DNA of 64,000 bases, taken from the NCBI GenBank assembly GCA_013112685.1, contig JABFGC010000002.1, positions 264,223 to 328,222 of the forward strand. The letters are read 5' to 3'. This document shows positions 22,128 through 32,580 of the stretch, piece by piece. Numbering within the stretch: the first letter of the stretch is position 1; every line of letters begins with the position of its first letter. The notes below the pieces were generated by a model that was not told the origin of the DNA, made no database searches, and was given only the letters and a program-made list of their open reading frames with translations. The position numbers and the translations under genes were made by a program. This DNA is from Chloroflexota bacterium. Its GTDB lineage: Bacteria > Chloroflexota > Anaerolineae > Anaerolineales > Villigracilaceae.

Positions 22128-23732
22128 TCAGATTCGATCCCGCCTCCACATCGAAAATCCAACCAGCAAGAGCGGCAGGATCAACGCGCCGCCGCAGAAT
22201 GGATTGCGCGCGTCCGGGGCATCGGTCGGTTGTTCCGCCGCTGGCTGCGCCGTGGGAATGTCAATTCCCATCAGACTCAGGTCGTCCATCCGAATCGTGC
22301 CGGTCACTCGCTCCGTCTCGGGCGTGGAGAAGCCGATGGAAAAGCCGGTGATCGCAGCAGGGTCGATCGGCGTACCGGGGTTCTCCTCCCATTCGGCGCG
22401 CAGGAAGTCGGTCCAGGGAATCTTGATCAGTGTCCAGCCGCTTTCGCTCGCGGCGGTCGTTTGCGTGTGAAATACGTAGGTGGTGCGTCCGCCGGGATCG
22501 CCGCCGTAAAGATCGACATCGAATGGGATACCGGTGCGGTCGGCAAGCAGATAAAACGAGACGCCGCCGCCTTCGCTCCAGTTGCGGGTGCTGTCGAAGT
22601 AGAAACCGCAGGTCGCCCAACTGTTTGGCGCCGCATCGAACTCGAATTGGAGCGATGATTCACCGCCATGCGCGTTTCCCGACACAGGCGCGCAGGTCAG
22701 ACGTGTATCGGCGTTATCCTCGAAGTAGCCCTCCCATCCCGCCGTCCCGGAAGGAGGCGAGCCCTCGAAATCATCGAGGATTCCGACTGTCCCGGCAGAG
22801 GATGCGCCCGCCCCAGGTTGGGCGGTTTCCCCTGCGCCCGGTTCACTCGTGACCTGCGCGGCGGGTCCTCCGCTTTGCCAGCGATGGTAAAAGAAGTTCA
22901 GCAATGGGACAAATTCCTCTACCGCTTTGCGGCTTCCCTGAACAGAAGGGTGATCGTCCTCGGAGGGATAGTAGAGCGTGTTGCGCGTTCCGCTGGTATG
23001 TTCGATTTGACCGTTGAGAAAACGATGATGCGCGTTGGGGTCGGTGAGAACATTGTAGAAATCGAAGACAACCACATTGTTGAGGGTGTAATTGTTTTCG
23101 TTCAACCAATCGTTCACCAACCAGTCGTTGAAGGCGCGCGCATTTTCGGCGTACGCGCCCTCTGAAAGCGGCGGAGCGGTGATGACCACAAAGAGTTTAT
23201 CGGGACGCGTGGCAAAGTATCCCAGGATGGCGTTGTAGACGTACTTCGCGCCGCCCACCGTCATTTCTTCATATTCGCCGGGCGGGTCGTTAGGATTCCC
23301 CTCCAGCGCGGAATTTGGGAAACAGGATTTGAAGAGGATGATCTCGTTTTCCCCGCCGGGATCGGAGACGGTGCGCGTGTACGAGGAGTTTTGCCCGCTC
23401 TCATTGAACACAGCCTCCATGATGTGCGGCGTTGCGTCGCTGGCGAACCACTCCGTCCAGTTGGGGATGTCGGTGCGGTCGCCAATCGCATCTGGACCCC
23501 AGCCGTAGTTGGTGTCGCTGACGAAATAGTTGTTCTGGCTGAGAGCAAGTCCCAGCCCGCCGTAATCGTCGCGCAGGAGATTCTCGCCTGTGGAGTGATG
23601 GATGAAGATGAGTTTGACCACGTGGTCGGGCGGAGCGGACGAGTCGCCCTGCCGGGCGGGCAAGGCAGCGAGGGAGAACAGCAAAACCATCCCCGTCAGC
23701 AGAATGAACGCGATCCTTCGAGTTGTTTTCAT
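22128..23732 (-). CDS. Secreted SGNH-like + CBM11-like protein with C-terminal membrane anchor
   Basis: Signal peptide, FIHHSTG, FKSC, DDHP; ILDDFE...IRMDDL beta-sandwich; CGG-hydrophobic-RR tail. Confidence 0.6.
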   Translation of the reverse strand: MKTTRRIAFILLTGMVLLFSLAALPARQGDSSAPPDHVVKLIFIHHSTGENLLRDDYGGLGLALSQNNYFVSDTNYGWGPDAIGDRTDIPNWTEWFASDATPHIMEAVFNESGQNSSYTRTVSDPGGENEIILFKSCFPNSALEGNPNDPPGEYEEMTVGGAKYVYNAILGYFATRPDKLFVVITAPPLSEGAYAENARAFNDWLVNDWLNENNYTLNNVVVFDFYNVLTDPNAHHRFLNGQIEHTSGTRNTLYYPSEDDHPSVQGSRKAVEEFVPLLNFFYHRWQSGGPAAQVTSEPGAGETAQPGAGASSAGTVGILDDFEGSPPSGTAGWEGYFEDNADTRLTCAPVSGNAHGGESSLQFEFDAAPNSWATCGFYFDSTRNWSEGGGVSFYLLADRTGIPFDVDLYGGDPGGRTTYVFHTQTTAASESGWTLIKIPWTDFLRAEWEENPGTPIDPAAITGFSIGFSTPETERVTGTIRMDDLSLMGIDIPTAQPAAEQPTDAPDARNPFCGGALILPLLLVGFSMWRRDRI

Positions 23733-23871
23733 GCGACCCTCCCCGGTCTTTGAAAAGAAGTGACCTCCCCCGTTCCCGATTTCATTATAGGTCTTCCCGA
23801 TCAAATTTCAAGAACCAAAAATGGCGGTTATCCATTTTTGATCATCGGTTACAACCATTTGCAGCGGGGTT

Positions 23872-24432
23872 TTATTTAAACACTTTATGCTTCTTCAGTG
23901 TTTCCAAATATACCGCCTGCTTCTTTCCAATCAGTTTGCCCAGCCGCGGCGCTTCGAAGATAAGTTGTTTGATCTTCCTGAGCGGATACACCAAACATTC
24001 AGTCTCTTCTTTCAAATCCTCGAACACCACCAGGCACACCCACGCCTCCGGCATATCCAAAATGGGATCGCGGCGTTCGGGCGAGTCCTGGAACGTCCAC
24101 GAGAGTCCATAACGATTCGCGGCGGATCGCCTCTGGGTCTTGACCGCGACCTCCAGCCCGTTGATTTTCAGATCCGCTGCCCAGGATTTGCGCTTCGCCT
24201 CATACACGCCGTAATCTGGTCCTTCGACCTGGCAGTTTCTACCCTGAAAGAGAATCCGCACTGCCTCCTCGCCGAGCTTGGAGACAAAGTGGTCGTCGCG
24301 GATTTTCTCCCTTGCCGATTGGTTGCTATCCTTGTAGTTGACCGTGCCTGTCACAGCATCGGCAAAGGACAGGGCGCGTTCTTTCACATCGTCGGGGACG
24401 AGAATGGATTGGGGAGATTTGAAGGTGGGCAT
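23872..24432 (-). CDS. Hypothetical protein, PD-(D/E)xK nuclease-like
   Basis: KLGEEAV...ADLKINGLEVAVKTQ pattern. Confidence 0.5.
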   Translation of the reverse strand: MPTFKSPQSILVPDDVKERALSFADAVTGTVNYKDSNQSAREKIRDDHFVSKLGEEAVRILFQGRNCQVEGPDYGVYEAKRKSWAADLKINGLEVAVKTQRRSAANRYGLSWTFQDSPERRDPILDMPEAWVCLVVFEDLKEETECLVYPLRKIKQLIFEAPRLGKLIGKKQAVYLETLKKHKVFK

Positions 24433-24498
24433 GGTCTCCGAATTATACAAAAAAGCCTCGCGGATGAAAATCCACGAGGCTCTGAATGGAAGGCAGGT

Positions 24499-25287
24499 TT
24501 ATGGGCAGGTGAAAGACGCGCGCCCGAACTGCTGGTTGTTGGGGGTGATGATGAAGATGTCAATCCAGTGTGTGCCGGAGGCCGTGGTCGTCCACGTGTA
24601 ACTATCCGACTGGGTACCTGCGGAGGCGAATACCATGGTCTCGTTTGGAACAGATGCGCCGTCGCTGAATTTCCACGTGTAGGTGATCGTTCCAGGTCCG
24701 TTCGTTGTAATGTTGGCAGTGGCGGTAAAGCCTCCGCCTCCACACCCGCCGGAGTTTATGAAGTTGACGCTCGTGACAGCAAAGACCGGTGTGCTTGTGA
24801 CTGTCGGGGTATTGGTCGCTTTGGGTGTCGGCGTGGGCGGGACCGGAAACTCGGTCAGGTTGGCGGTATTCCCGGTCACAGTGGCGTACTGCCCCCACAG
24901 CCAGCAGGTCCCCGACCCATTGAGGCGTTTAATGACCCAATAGTTGGGGACGCCGGAATTTTTCCCCACCACTTCCGCGGTCTGACCGACCAGCAGGGCG
25001 TCAATCAGGTCGTATTGCGTGCCGGGACCCGTGCGGCAGTTGGTGTTGGTGCTCACCGTCACCTGCGGCACGGATGGGGTTGATGTGAATTCCGGTGTAA
25101 ATGTCAAGGTTGGCGGAGCCGTGTTCGGAAGCGTGGACGGGGTACTGCTCGGAGCGGAAATCGCTGTTATAGTCAGCGCCACATCCGGCGTCCCGGTGAC
25201 TTGAGCGTCTTCGTTTGGCAGGTTGCAGGCGGAAAGCGCGGCGACCAGGAAGATGCTCGTGATGAATGTCAGAATTTTTCTGGGCAT
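24499..25287 (-). CDS. Lipoprotein with Thr/Pro linkers, bacterial SH3 and Ig-like domains
   Basis: Lipobox LSAC, NCRTGPGTQY...CWLW SH3b motif. Confidence 0.8.
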   Translation of the reverse strand: MPRKILTFITSIFLVAALSACNLPNEDAQVTGTPDVALTITAISAPSSTPSTLPNTAPPTLTFTPEFTSTPSVPQVTVSTNTNCRTGPGTQYDLIDALLVGQTAEVVGKNSGVPNYWVIKRLNGSGTCWLWGQYATVTGNTANLTEFPVPPTPTPKATNTPTVTSTPVFAVTSVNFINSGGCGGGGFTATANITTNGPGTITYTWKFSDGASVPNETMVFASAGTQSDSYTWTTTASGTHWIDIFIITPNNQQFGRASFTCP

Positions 25288-25395
25288 GTTCTCTCTCCTT
25301 TACGAATCTATTATGACATAAGATGGAGAGAGGTCAAGCAGGGGAAAGCATGATATTGGTACTACTCAGGGAAAAGACTTACTGACTCATGTTGT

Positions 25396-25482
25396 GCATA
25401 CGAGGTGAAATACAGGGAACAGCAGATCAAATACTTGAAGAAAAAAGCCGCCAAGCTCGACGTCCAACTCGTCCCGGTGTAG
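25396..25482 (+). pseudogene. C-terminal remnant of an IS110-family transposase
   Basis: Reads AYEVKYREQQIKYLKKKAAKLDVQLVPV*, resembling IS110 C-termini; no upstream ORF. Confidence 0.55.
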
Positions 25483-26050
25483 TGCGCGCGGATGAATCAA
25501 AAAGGCGCGACGCCTTGCGCCACGCCCGCTATGCGGTTAATCGGTTGAATCGATTTTCCCGATTTTTCGACCTTCAACAGAGGATTGGTGTGATTCTGTT
25601 TGTTAACGCCTCTTCCGATCATCTCAGGGATGCGTGAGATGTCCTTGTTTCTGAGAACTCCCTCATTACGGGCGGGTGCCGTCATTTTAGCGCAAAGAAA
25701 CTGGGTCGCGGGTAAAATGGGGGCGGGAATGGCTGAAGCCCGAACATCGCAATGGAGATGACCGGACGCTGACGGTCTCCCTTGCGAGAACTAGGGATAC
25801 GGCTTTACGATTTGAACATTGGCGGCGCGCGTCCGGCGATTTCTGCGTGCTGGAATTGCCGCTGCGACGCGACCCCGTTTGGGAAGCTGGACAAGACTCA
25901 ATAGCCGCGCCATTCTTGCCTCAACAATCGAATTGAACTGCGCGCGGGACGCTGTTGCAAAGGAGGAGCGAGGGCGGTGTCTTTTTGGGTTGAGGGGAGC
26001 ATGGAAAAGAGGCGAAAAGAAGGGCGTTTTCCTACCGATTCTGGTTTCTT

Positions 26051-26083
26051 GGGACACGTCATGTGCACGCTTTGTCCGCCCAC
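26051..26083 (-). other. Degenerate attC site (R''/L'' arm only recognisable)
   Basis: cacgtcatgtgcacgctttgtccgcccac matches the gene-proximal arm of the other attCs and the gtgggctaac at 27331. Confidence 0.65.
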
Positions 26084-26084
26084 G

Positions 26085-26462
26085 TTATTTGAGACGGATA
26101 TACCCGCCCGCAAGCTGAGGTTTCATAGTCACCTTTGCCCCTGGAATCATCTTTAGCATTGAATCCATAACCATCTTGCTGGGCGTTCCATAAACATCGA
26201 AACCGACGATTTCCATGAGCGTAAATGCTTTTGCACCTACGTCACCCAGATTTTGCATATGTTTCTCCATTGCTTCAATGTCGGGGAAGATGTGGATAAC
26301 GCTTGCCTCTGTGCCATCTTCGCTGATGTACGCAATGTGAGCCGCAGTCTGAGGCTTGTTTGCGTCCATCCATTCTCCTACTTCTTGATAAACCCTCTTG
26401 TACTCTTCGGCTTTGCCTTGTTTGACCTTTTGGTGTGCAATGAAAATGATTGGCTCAGACAT
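26085..26462 (-). CDS. Cassette gene: dimeric alpha/beta barrel (ABM-like) protein
   Basis: Clear paralogue of 26932-27306; lower GC. Confidence 0.7.
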   Translation of the reverse strand: MSEPIIFIAHQKVKQGKAEEYKRVYQEVGEWMDANKPQTAAHIAYISEDGTEASVIHIFPDIEAMEKHMQNLGDVGAKAFTLMEIVGFDVYGTPSKMVMDSMLKMIPGAKVTMKPQLAGGYIRLK

Positions 26463-26473
26463 GACGTCGTTCC

Positions 26474-26905
26474 TTACAATTCTGATTCCATCAGTTGCTT
26501 CCTAATCTGAGCGGCATGCTCCAAACGGCTGTTCAGAAAAGTCTTGTCCGCATTTTCATCCATCCACGGTATGTCAATGGTGATGGTGAGTTTGGTCTGG
26601 TTTTCATTGAGGGCTTCGAAAGTGGTTTTGCCATACATGACAGCAGGACCATCATGGATCACCATTGCAATCGCGCGATTCGGTTCAAATTCCACAACTT
26701 CCATCGTCCCTTCGACTGGGGTCCCACTGCGTTTGTTGCGCCTGCGGATGATCGTTCCAACGCCGATGGGGCCGTCAGAATCCAGCCAAAGCTCGATGTC
26801 TGGGTCCCAGCGGGGGTGATTGCGAACATGTTCTACCGCGAAAAAGTGGAACACTTTATTGATCGGGCGGTCAATCACATGTGATGATTCAAACTGTAAA
26901 GCCAT
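26474..26905 (-). CDS. Cassette gene: SRPBCC/START-like protein
   Basis: IDRPINKVFHF...PRWD...GVGT...VVEFEPN pattern. Confidence 0.8.
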   Translation of the reverse strand: MALQFESSHVIDRPINKVFHFFAVEHVRNHPRWDPDIELWLDSDGPIGVGTIIRRRNKRSGTPVEGTMEVVEFEPNRAIAMVIHDGPAVMYGKTTFEALNENQTKLTITIDIPWMDENADKTFLNSRLEHAAQIRKQLMESEL

Positions 26906-26931
26906 TGTTATCTCCTTTTGGTCATTTTGAT

Positions 26932-27306
26932 TTACCGAATAAAGCCGCCCAAGTAACTTGGGCTGATACTCACCATTATTCCCGATCCCGCTATCTTCTT
27001 CATCTTCTCCAAAGTGGCGGGGTTGGGCGTTCCGAAAATCTCAATTGCAGTGGGCTCGATGTATTCATACGTTTTCTTTGACCGCTCATCGGCTCCTTGT
27101 ATTTGTTGGTCTAGCGCGTCCGCATTTGGGAAAACACGAATAACCGTAAACTCCGTGCCTTCTTCGTTTTCGTAACCAAGTTGAGCCAACGTGTTTGGCT
27201 TGCCGTCAAAAATCGGCTGGATGCTATCTTGATAGTGCTTCCTGAATTCTTCAATCTTTCCCTCCTTGATTTTATTACGACTGATGAAGACAATTGGTTC
27301 AGACAT
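26932..27306 (-). CDS. Cassette gene: dimeric alpha/beta barrel (ABM-like) protein
   Basis: MSEPIVFISRNKIKEGK...LGGFIR, paralogue of 26085-26462. Confidence 0.7.
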   Translation of the reverse strand: MSEPIVFISRNKIKEGKIEEFRKHYQDSIQPIFDGKPNTLAQLGYENEEGTEFTVIRVFPNADALDQQIQGADERSKKTYEYIEPTAIEIFGTPNPATLEKMKKIAGSGIMVSISPSYLGGFIR

Positions 27307-27469
27307 AATTTCTCTCTTTCGCTAGGGATAGTGGGCTAACGATGAGCGTTACCTGCGTGTGGGCGGGCTGGGATTCTGCTTGGGAGCAGGACAAACTCGA
27401 AGCCAGAAAAATGCTTGAGATTGCCGCACGCTGCCCGAAGCAGTCCCACACGTCAGGTAGTATCATGAA

Positions 27470-27600
27470 TACGGACACGGCCGATCGATGTCAGGTAGGT
27501 CGTCAGGTAAGACCGTCGTGCAGCCAGATCGCCATGTCCGTTACGTCAAGAGCCCGAACAGTTGAGAGGTCTTGAAGACCGAATACTAGCGTGGGCTCCA
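27470..27600 (+). ncRNA. Putative IS110 bridge RNA (target- and donor-binding loops)
   Basis: Two stem/internal-loop/hairpin modules; loop sequences match the target (gtcaggt, cgtgca) and the circle junction (acagttg, atactagc). Confidence 0.8.
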
Positions 27601-27626
27601 CTCCATTATACAAAGCGGAGGTCGGA

Positions 27627-28563
<937 letters not shown>

Positions 28564-28698
28564 GACGGTCTGGTTTTCCCTGTAAAGGAGGGTTTTGCTC
28601 TTGACTTTCAAGACAGTTGCTGCACGCTTTGTTCGGCGGTCTTTTATAATTCAATAACATTGTATTTACAAAACATGAATGGCCTTTATCTTTCTTTA

Positions 28699-30531
28699 CT
28701 ATATTGCTGGTACAAAGCGTTCACGTTTTACCCAGTGCACCTTTTCTCGGTAGTGCTCTCTTTGGTAGAACGGATGCCATTGACCGGGTGGATCAATGGA
28801 GACAACATCATTGCCTTTGATAATGAGTGTATAAGAAACATCCCCAATAGATGTTTTTACAGTGCGCTCGGAGATTGGGAAATTCATGGTAACAACATTC
28901 CCACTCTCGACAGATCCTACCTGTGCATAGCGTCCTTGAAAATTGTTCTCTCTAGGGGCATTGTTTACAGAGCAAGAAACTTCTTCAGGTTTTACCCATT
29001 CTGGGATGCGTATCTCTACGTTACAGGCTGTCTTCATCACTATGTCTATCTGGCCTGCGAATGGTATATAACTATTCACGTCTGCCCAGGGCGAGGCGCG
29101 ATTAAGTAGTAGATGTACACTTAATTTTTCATTGTCAAACTCAAGCATATTTTCCAAAACGTGGAATATAGCTCGAGCTCCATTCCCTGTACAACAACCA
29201 GATATTATGGGTGTCTCCCTGTTTGCACAGTAATCATTAGCTGAGGCCCAACCCGCAAAACTACCTACGACCCGCTCAGATACTTGATCTCCATCTTCAC
29301 CTGGTCCAACTGGAGTGTTCGGGTAATTTTCTGCGACACGATCGATCCAGTCCCCACTTCTCATCTGCATTTCTGTGAACTGATTGCGCACATAACGGTC
29401 TACGTCGTCCCAATAATCGCCTTGACCAAGTTTGCTTAGGTTGATCGCCATCATAATCATGTCTACTGTAGCACATGTCTCGCAGTCGATGTACGGGCGA
29501 TCATCAGGCCAATCATCGATATATTCGGGAAAGAAGCCTACCAAAGGCCAGCCGACTGAACGAGCATATTCATAACCCTTTTGAATAAAATCTGCGAATT
29601 CTTGATCGTGGGTTACCAAGGCATATTCAGAAAGGGCTTCCATCGCATTACCGTTATGATGAAAATGTAGTGCAGGCCCCATATCCGACTCGTGACGAGC
29701 CAGGAAGTGTCCATTGGTATCAAATATTTGGGCGTGATCTTTTAGATAACGGGCAAGTTCATCCGCTAGCTTTCTTGCAGAGGATGAACCTGTGATCGAA
29801 TATACGCTGATTACACCCTGGAGAGTCCACCCCTCCTGGGTAGCTTCCCACCCGGTATTCATCTCTCCATTGTTGTTCGTCAGGTAACAATAATCCTTTT
29901 CATGGGTCAATATTCTGGAGAGGCGACTGATAGCCTCTTCGGCAATTTCTTGCCAGCAAACACTTTTCTCCTGCTGACTATTGTTAACAGCCCAGCAAAT
30001 AAATCTCGCGTCTGTAAACGTAATGCCAATGGCATCTTTCTGGAACATTTCCAAGAAGTATTCTCTCCAACGTTGGTCTACCTGGGTGTTGAAAGAACTT
30101 CCGGTAAGATAACGCATCAGCGACAAGCCTTCGCAGGATTTGGAGTTTACCTCCTCCGCCTTAAACATAACGGGAGGATTTCTTGCCGCACTCCCGTAAA
30201 AGTAGGTTATGTAGCTATCATCGGGGTTTGTACAGCGAGTAAGCGCATTGATTGCCAATTTTGCGTTCTCAAAGAGATCTAGGGTGTCCGGCACGTCTGT
30301 TAAGTAGCGCCTGCCCTCCGGCACAACTACTTGTGTGAGAGCATTAAGAGCATCAGCACTACATTTAGGTTGTGGTGTGGTAGTTGGTGATGGTATCCAG
30401 GTTGTTGTTGGAGTTGAGGTCGGGACGGGTGTTTGATTGGGCAGGAGACGCTCGCAGGCAGATACAATCCCGGAGCCAAAAGCAGCAGCAACTATTTTTA
30501 GGAAATCGCGACGACTGAATCCAGTTTTCAT
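28699..30531 (-). CDS. Cassette gene: Tat-exported lipoprotein, GH127/GH146-like glycoside hydrolase
   Basis: SRRDFLK and lipobox VSAC; CETCAT and CCTGNG motifs; IRIPEW. Confidence 0.72.
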   Translation of the reverse strand: MKTGFSRRDFLKIVAAAFGSGIVSACERLLPNQTPVPTSTPTTTWIPSPTTTPQPKCSADALNALTQVVVPEGRRYLTDVPDTLDLFENAKLAINALTRCTNPDDSYITYFYGSAARNPPVMFKAEEVNSKSCEGLSLMRYLTGSSFNTQVDQRWREYFLEMFQKDAIGITFTDARFICWAVNNSQQEKSVCWQEIAEEAISRLSRILTHEKDYCYLTNNNGEMNTGWEATQEGWTLQGVISVYSITGSSSARKLADELARYLKDHAQIFDTNGHFLARHESDMGPALHFHHNGNAMEALSEYALVTHDQEFADFIQKGYEYARSVGWPLVGFFPEYIDDWPDDRPYIDCETCATVDMIMMAINLSKLGQGDYWDDVDRYVRNQFTEMQMRSGDWIDRVAENYPNTPVGPGEDGDQVSERVVGSFAGWASANDYCANRETPIISGCCTGNGARAIFHVLENMLEFDNEKLSVHLLLNRASPWADVNSYIPFAGQIDIVMKTACNVEIRIPEWVKPEEVSCSVNNAPRENNFQGRYAQVGSVESGNVVTMNFPISERTVKTSIGDVSYTLIIKGNDVVSIDPPGQWHPFYQREHYREKVHWVKRERFVPAI

Positions 30532-30574
30532 GGTGCCACTCTCCTAATGTACTCATCTGATAAGAATCCGAATG

Positions 30575-30735
30575 GCCGCCGAACGGTGTGCGGCTCGTCC
30601 CGTGCGTTCTTCACGGGATACCTGCGTGTGGGCGGGCGTAGATAAAACTTTGAGAGCAGGATTCTGTTCGGGTGTAGAAAAAAGCCCGAAAATGGCGCAG
30701 AATCCCCACCATCCACTGCACGCTTTGTTAGCCGC
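30575..30735 (-). other. attC site
   Basis: Minus strand gcggctAAC aaagcgtgca ... GTTcggcggc; shares tacctgcgtgtgggcgggc and tgcacgctttgtt with the 27331 site. Confidence 0.85.
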
Positions 30736-30749
30736 TGTTTTTGTAAGAC

Positions 30750-31535
30750 TCACAAAATTGTAGAAACAGCCCATCTATCTTCAAAAGTTTTTTCTAGGCT
30801 GTCCAGCAAATCTCCTGCATAATCATTGCTAATACTCACAACAAAAGACTCTTTGTTACCTATGTCTTTTATGCCATGACCAAGAATTAACAAAAAATCA
30901 CTGGATAGTATATAGCGGTCGTGCAAAGACTTTGGGTCTGGAAAAACTCTCAATTCCGTTTTGGGGTGTTCTTTTTTGAAATCAGAAATTGCGCCTGATA
31001 ACTTAATTGGTTTTTCTGTAGTTTGGGCTGTTAAAAATTTAACTGAGCAATTTACAGGAATCATTTCTAGTGCGTCAAGTGTACGCAAGCCATAGTATGG
31101 GTCGCATACCTTTATTTCGCCAGACAAGGAAGAAAGCATATCGGCTAATAACTTTCTTGCTGTTCTCGGTTTGCCACCTTCTACATATGAAACACTTATT
31201 TCGCCTTGCGATTCAAATAACCCTTTAACTTCCCTTTGTCCACTTGTCATTATGCGGTAGCACGTTTCGCCATCAATGACTTTGCGACTTATTTTATTTC
31301 CTGCTCTTGCAAAGGCTTTCCCTATTTGTGTCTGTTTAATAGCCACGCCCGCCGCTTCTAGTGCCGCAACAATATGCTCTGCTGACATATATGGTCTTTT
31401 TGCTTTGCTCTCGGCTAAAGCCAAAGTTGCTAAACCTAAAGTCAATGGGCTTTTTACATCTGCTAAAAGTTGTTTGGTTGGTTCTTCGAGATTTTCAAAA
31501 ACATCTAGCAGGCTAGGCTGTTGTGTATTTTCCAT
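30750..31535 (-). CDS. Cassette gene: wHTH + PLD-like domain protein
   Basis: AT-rich; VCDPY, LHDRYIL, LGHGIKDIG motifs. Confidence 0.6.
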   Translation of the reverse strand: MENTQQPSLLDVFENLEEPTKQLLADVKSPLTLGLATLALAESKAKRPYMSAEHIVAALEAAGVAIKQTQIGKAFARAGNKISRKVIDGETCYRIMTSGQREVKGLFESQGEISVSYVEGGKPRTARKLLADMLSSLSGEIKVCDPYYGLRTLDALEMIPVNCSVKFLTAQTTEKPIKLSGAISDFKKEHPKTELRVFPDPKSLHDRYILSSDFLLILGHGIKDIGNKESFVVSISNDYAGDLLDSLEKTFEDRWAVSTIL

Positions 31536-31541
31536 AATGCT

Positions 31542-32348
31542 TTAAGCCTTTGAAATATAATACCAAGAATCATTTTCCTTGACTCTGCTAAGTTTTTTAG
31601 ACCTAGTAAGACGAAGGAGAGGCGTTGACAATGACGTCTGAGCGTAAATATGCCCTAACTCTTCAAGTTTTCTTTGTATATCTGCAATTGTTCGCTTTTC
31701 TTCAAAGAAGCCACTGTTTTTCAGTTCAAGCATATACGTTTGAGGTCCGCCTTTGCTTCCTTTGGATGACTTCCGACTTTTTGACGCTTTTTTAGCAGGA
31801 CTTTTTTCAATTATTGTCTCAGATACTTCTTCGCCCGCAATAACTGATTTTAAATGAGCCAATCCACGACGATGAATTTTATACCGAGGTGATTTTCCAG
31901 AAAGTTTAATTACATGACCTGGGGCAGAGAATTTCACAGCGCGTAATGCGTTTTGGCGAGATACTTTTGCGCCAAGACCGATAGTAACTTCACTGATTTG
32001 CGATGTGGAAAGCGCAAAAGCATTATCAAGATATTCGTGAACTATATAAAGCGGGACTAATACTCTATTGGCTTCATTGGTTTGGTCAAGAATATATTTC
32101 CCAATAGAATCCGCTTCTTTACAAGTTTTTGCTAGTTGAATGATTTTCTCAACATCAGCCTTTTCAGGCTTGACTTTCTTTTCTGTTGAAATTTCTCTGT
32201 CCTCTTTTTTTATGTGACGTTCTTCAGTTGGCGAGGATAATTTTTCAGTTGTACCTGTATATAACGCGAGAAATTCTTGTATCTCTTTTGGCGTCCCCAC
32301 TATTGAGACATTTGCACCATTTGGAATTTTGAACGAAGCCTTTGCCAT
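31542..32348 (-). CDS. Cassette gene: basic protein with winged-helix-like domains
   Basis: AT-rich 268-aa ORF with RBS; C-terminal GFF...IQRKL...LLRL...WYY. Confidence 0.6.
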   Translation of the reverse strand: MAKASFKIPNGANVSIVGTPKEIQEFLALYTGTTEKLSSPTEERHIKKEDREISTEKKVKPEKADVEKIIQLAKTCKEADSIGKYILDQTNEANRVLVPLYIVHEYLDNAFALSTSQISEVTIGLGAKVSRQNALRAVKFSAPGHVIKLSGKSPRYKIHRRGLAHLKSVIAGEEVSETIIEKSPAKKASKSRKSSKGSKGGPQTYMLELKNSGFFEEKRTIADIQRKLEELGHIYAQTSLSTPLLRLTRSKKLSRVKENDSWYYISKA

Positions 32349-32421
32349 ATTTCCTCCAATATCTATTCATTGGTTGGTGAACAATATGAAACATTATACA
32401 TATTTACATATCAGAAGCCAA

Positions 32422-32450
32422 GCGGCTAACAGGGGTTCTGCGGACGACCT
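32422..32450 (-). other. Putative attI recombination site
   Basis: Minus strand GTTAGCCGC is the exact complement of the R'' of the next attC (30727-30735); no attC hairpin upstream. Confidence 0.65.
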
Positions 32451-32552
32451 TCCAATTACCTTTGGGCGGTTTCCGCCTCATCGTCCCCTTCAGGGGAAAT
32501 CTCCCAAATCCATTTGGGCGTTTGGGCGGAATGGGTTAAATCGGATGGGCAA

Positions 32553-32580
32553 ATTATAGCACCCGGCGAACCACTGTCAA
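32553..32580 (-). promoter_or_regulatory. Consensus sigma70 promoter facing the cassettes (Pc-like)
   Basis: Minus strand TTGACA-16 bp-TATAAT with extended -10 TG. Confidence 0.85.
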
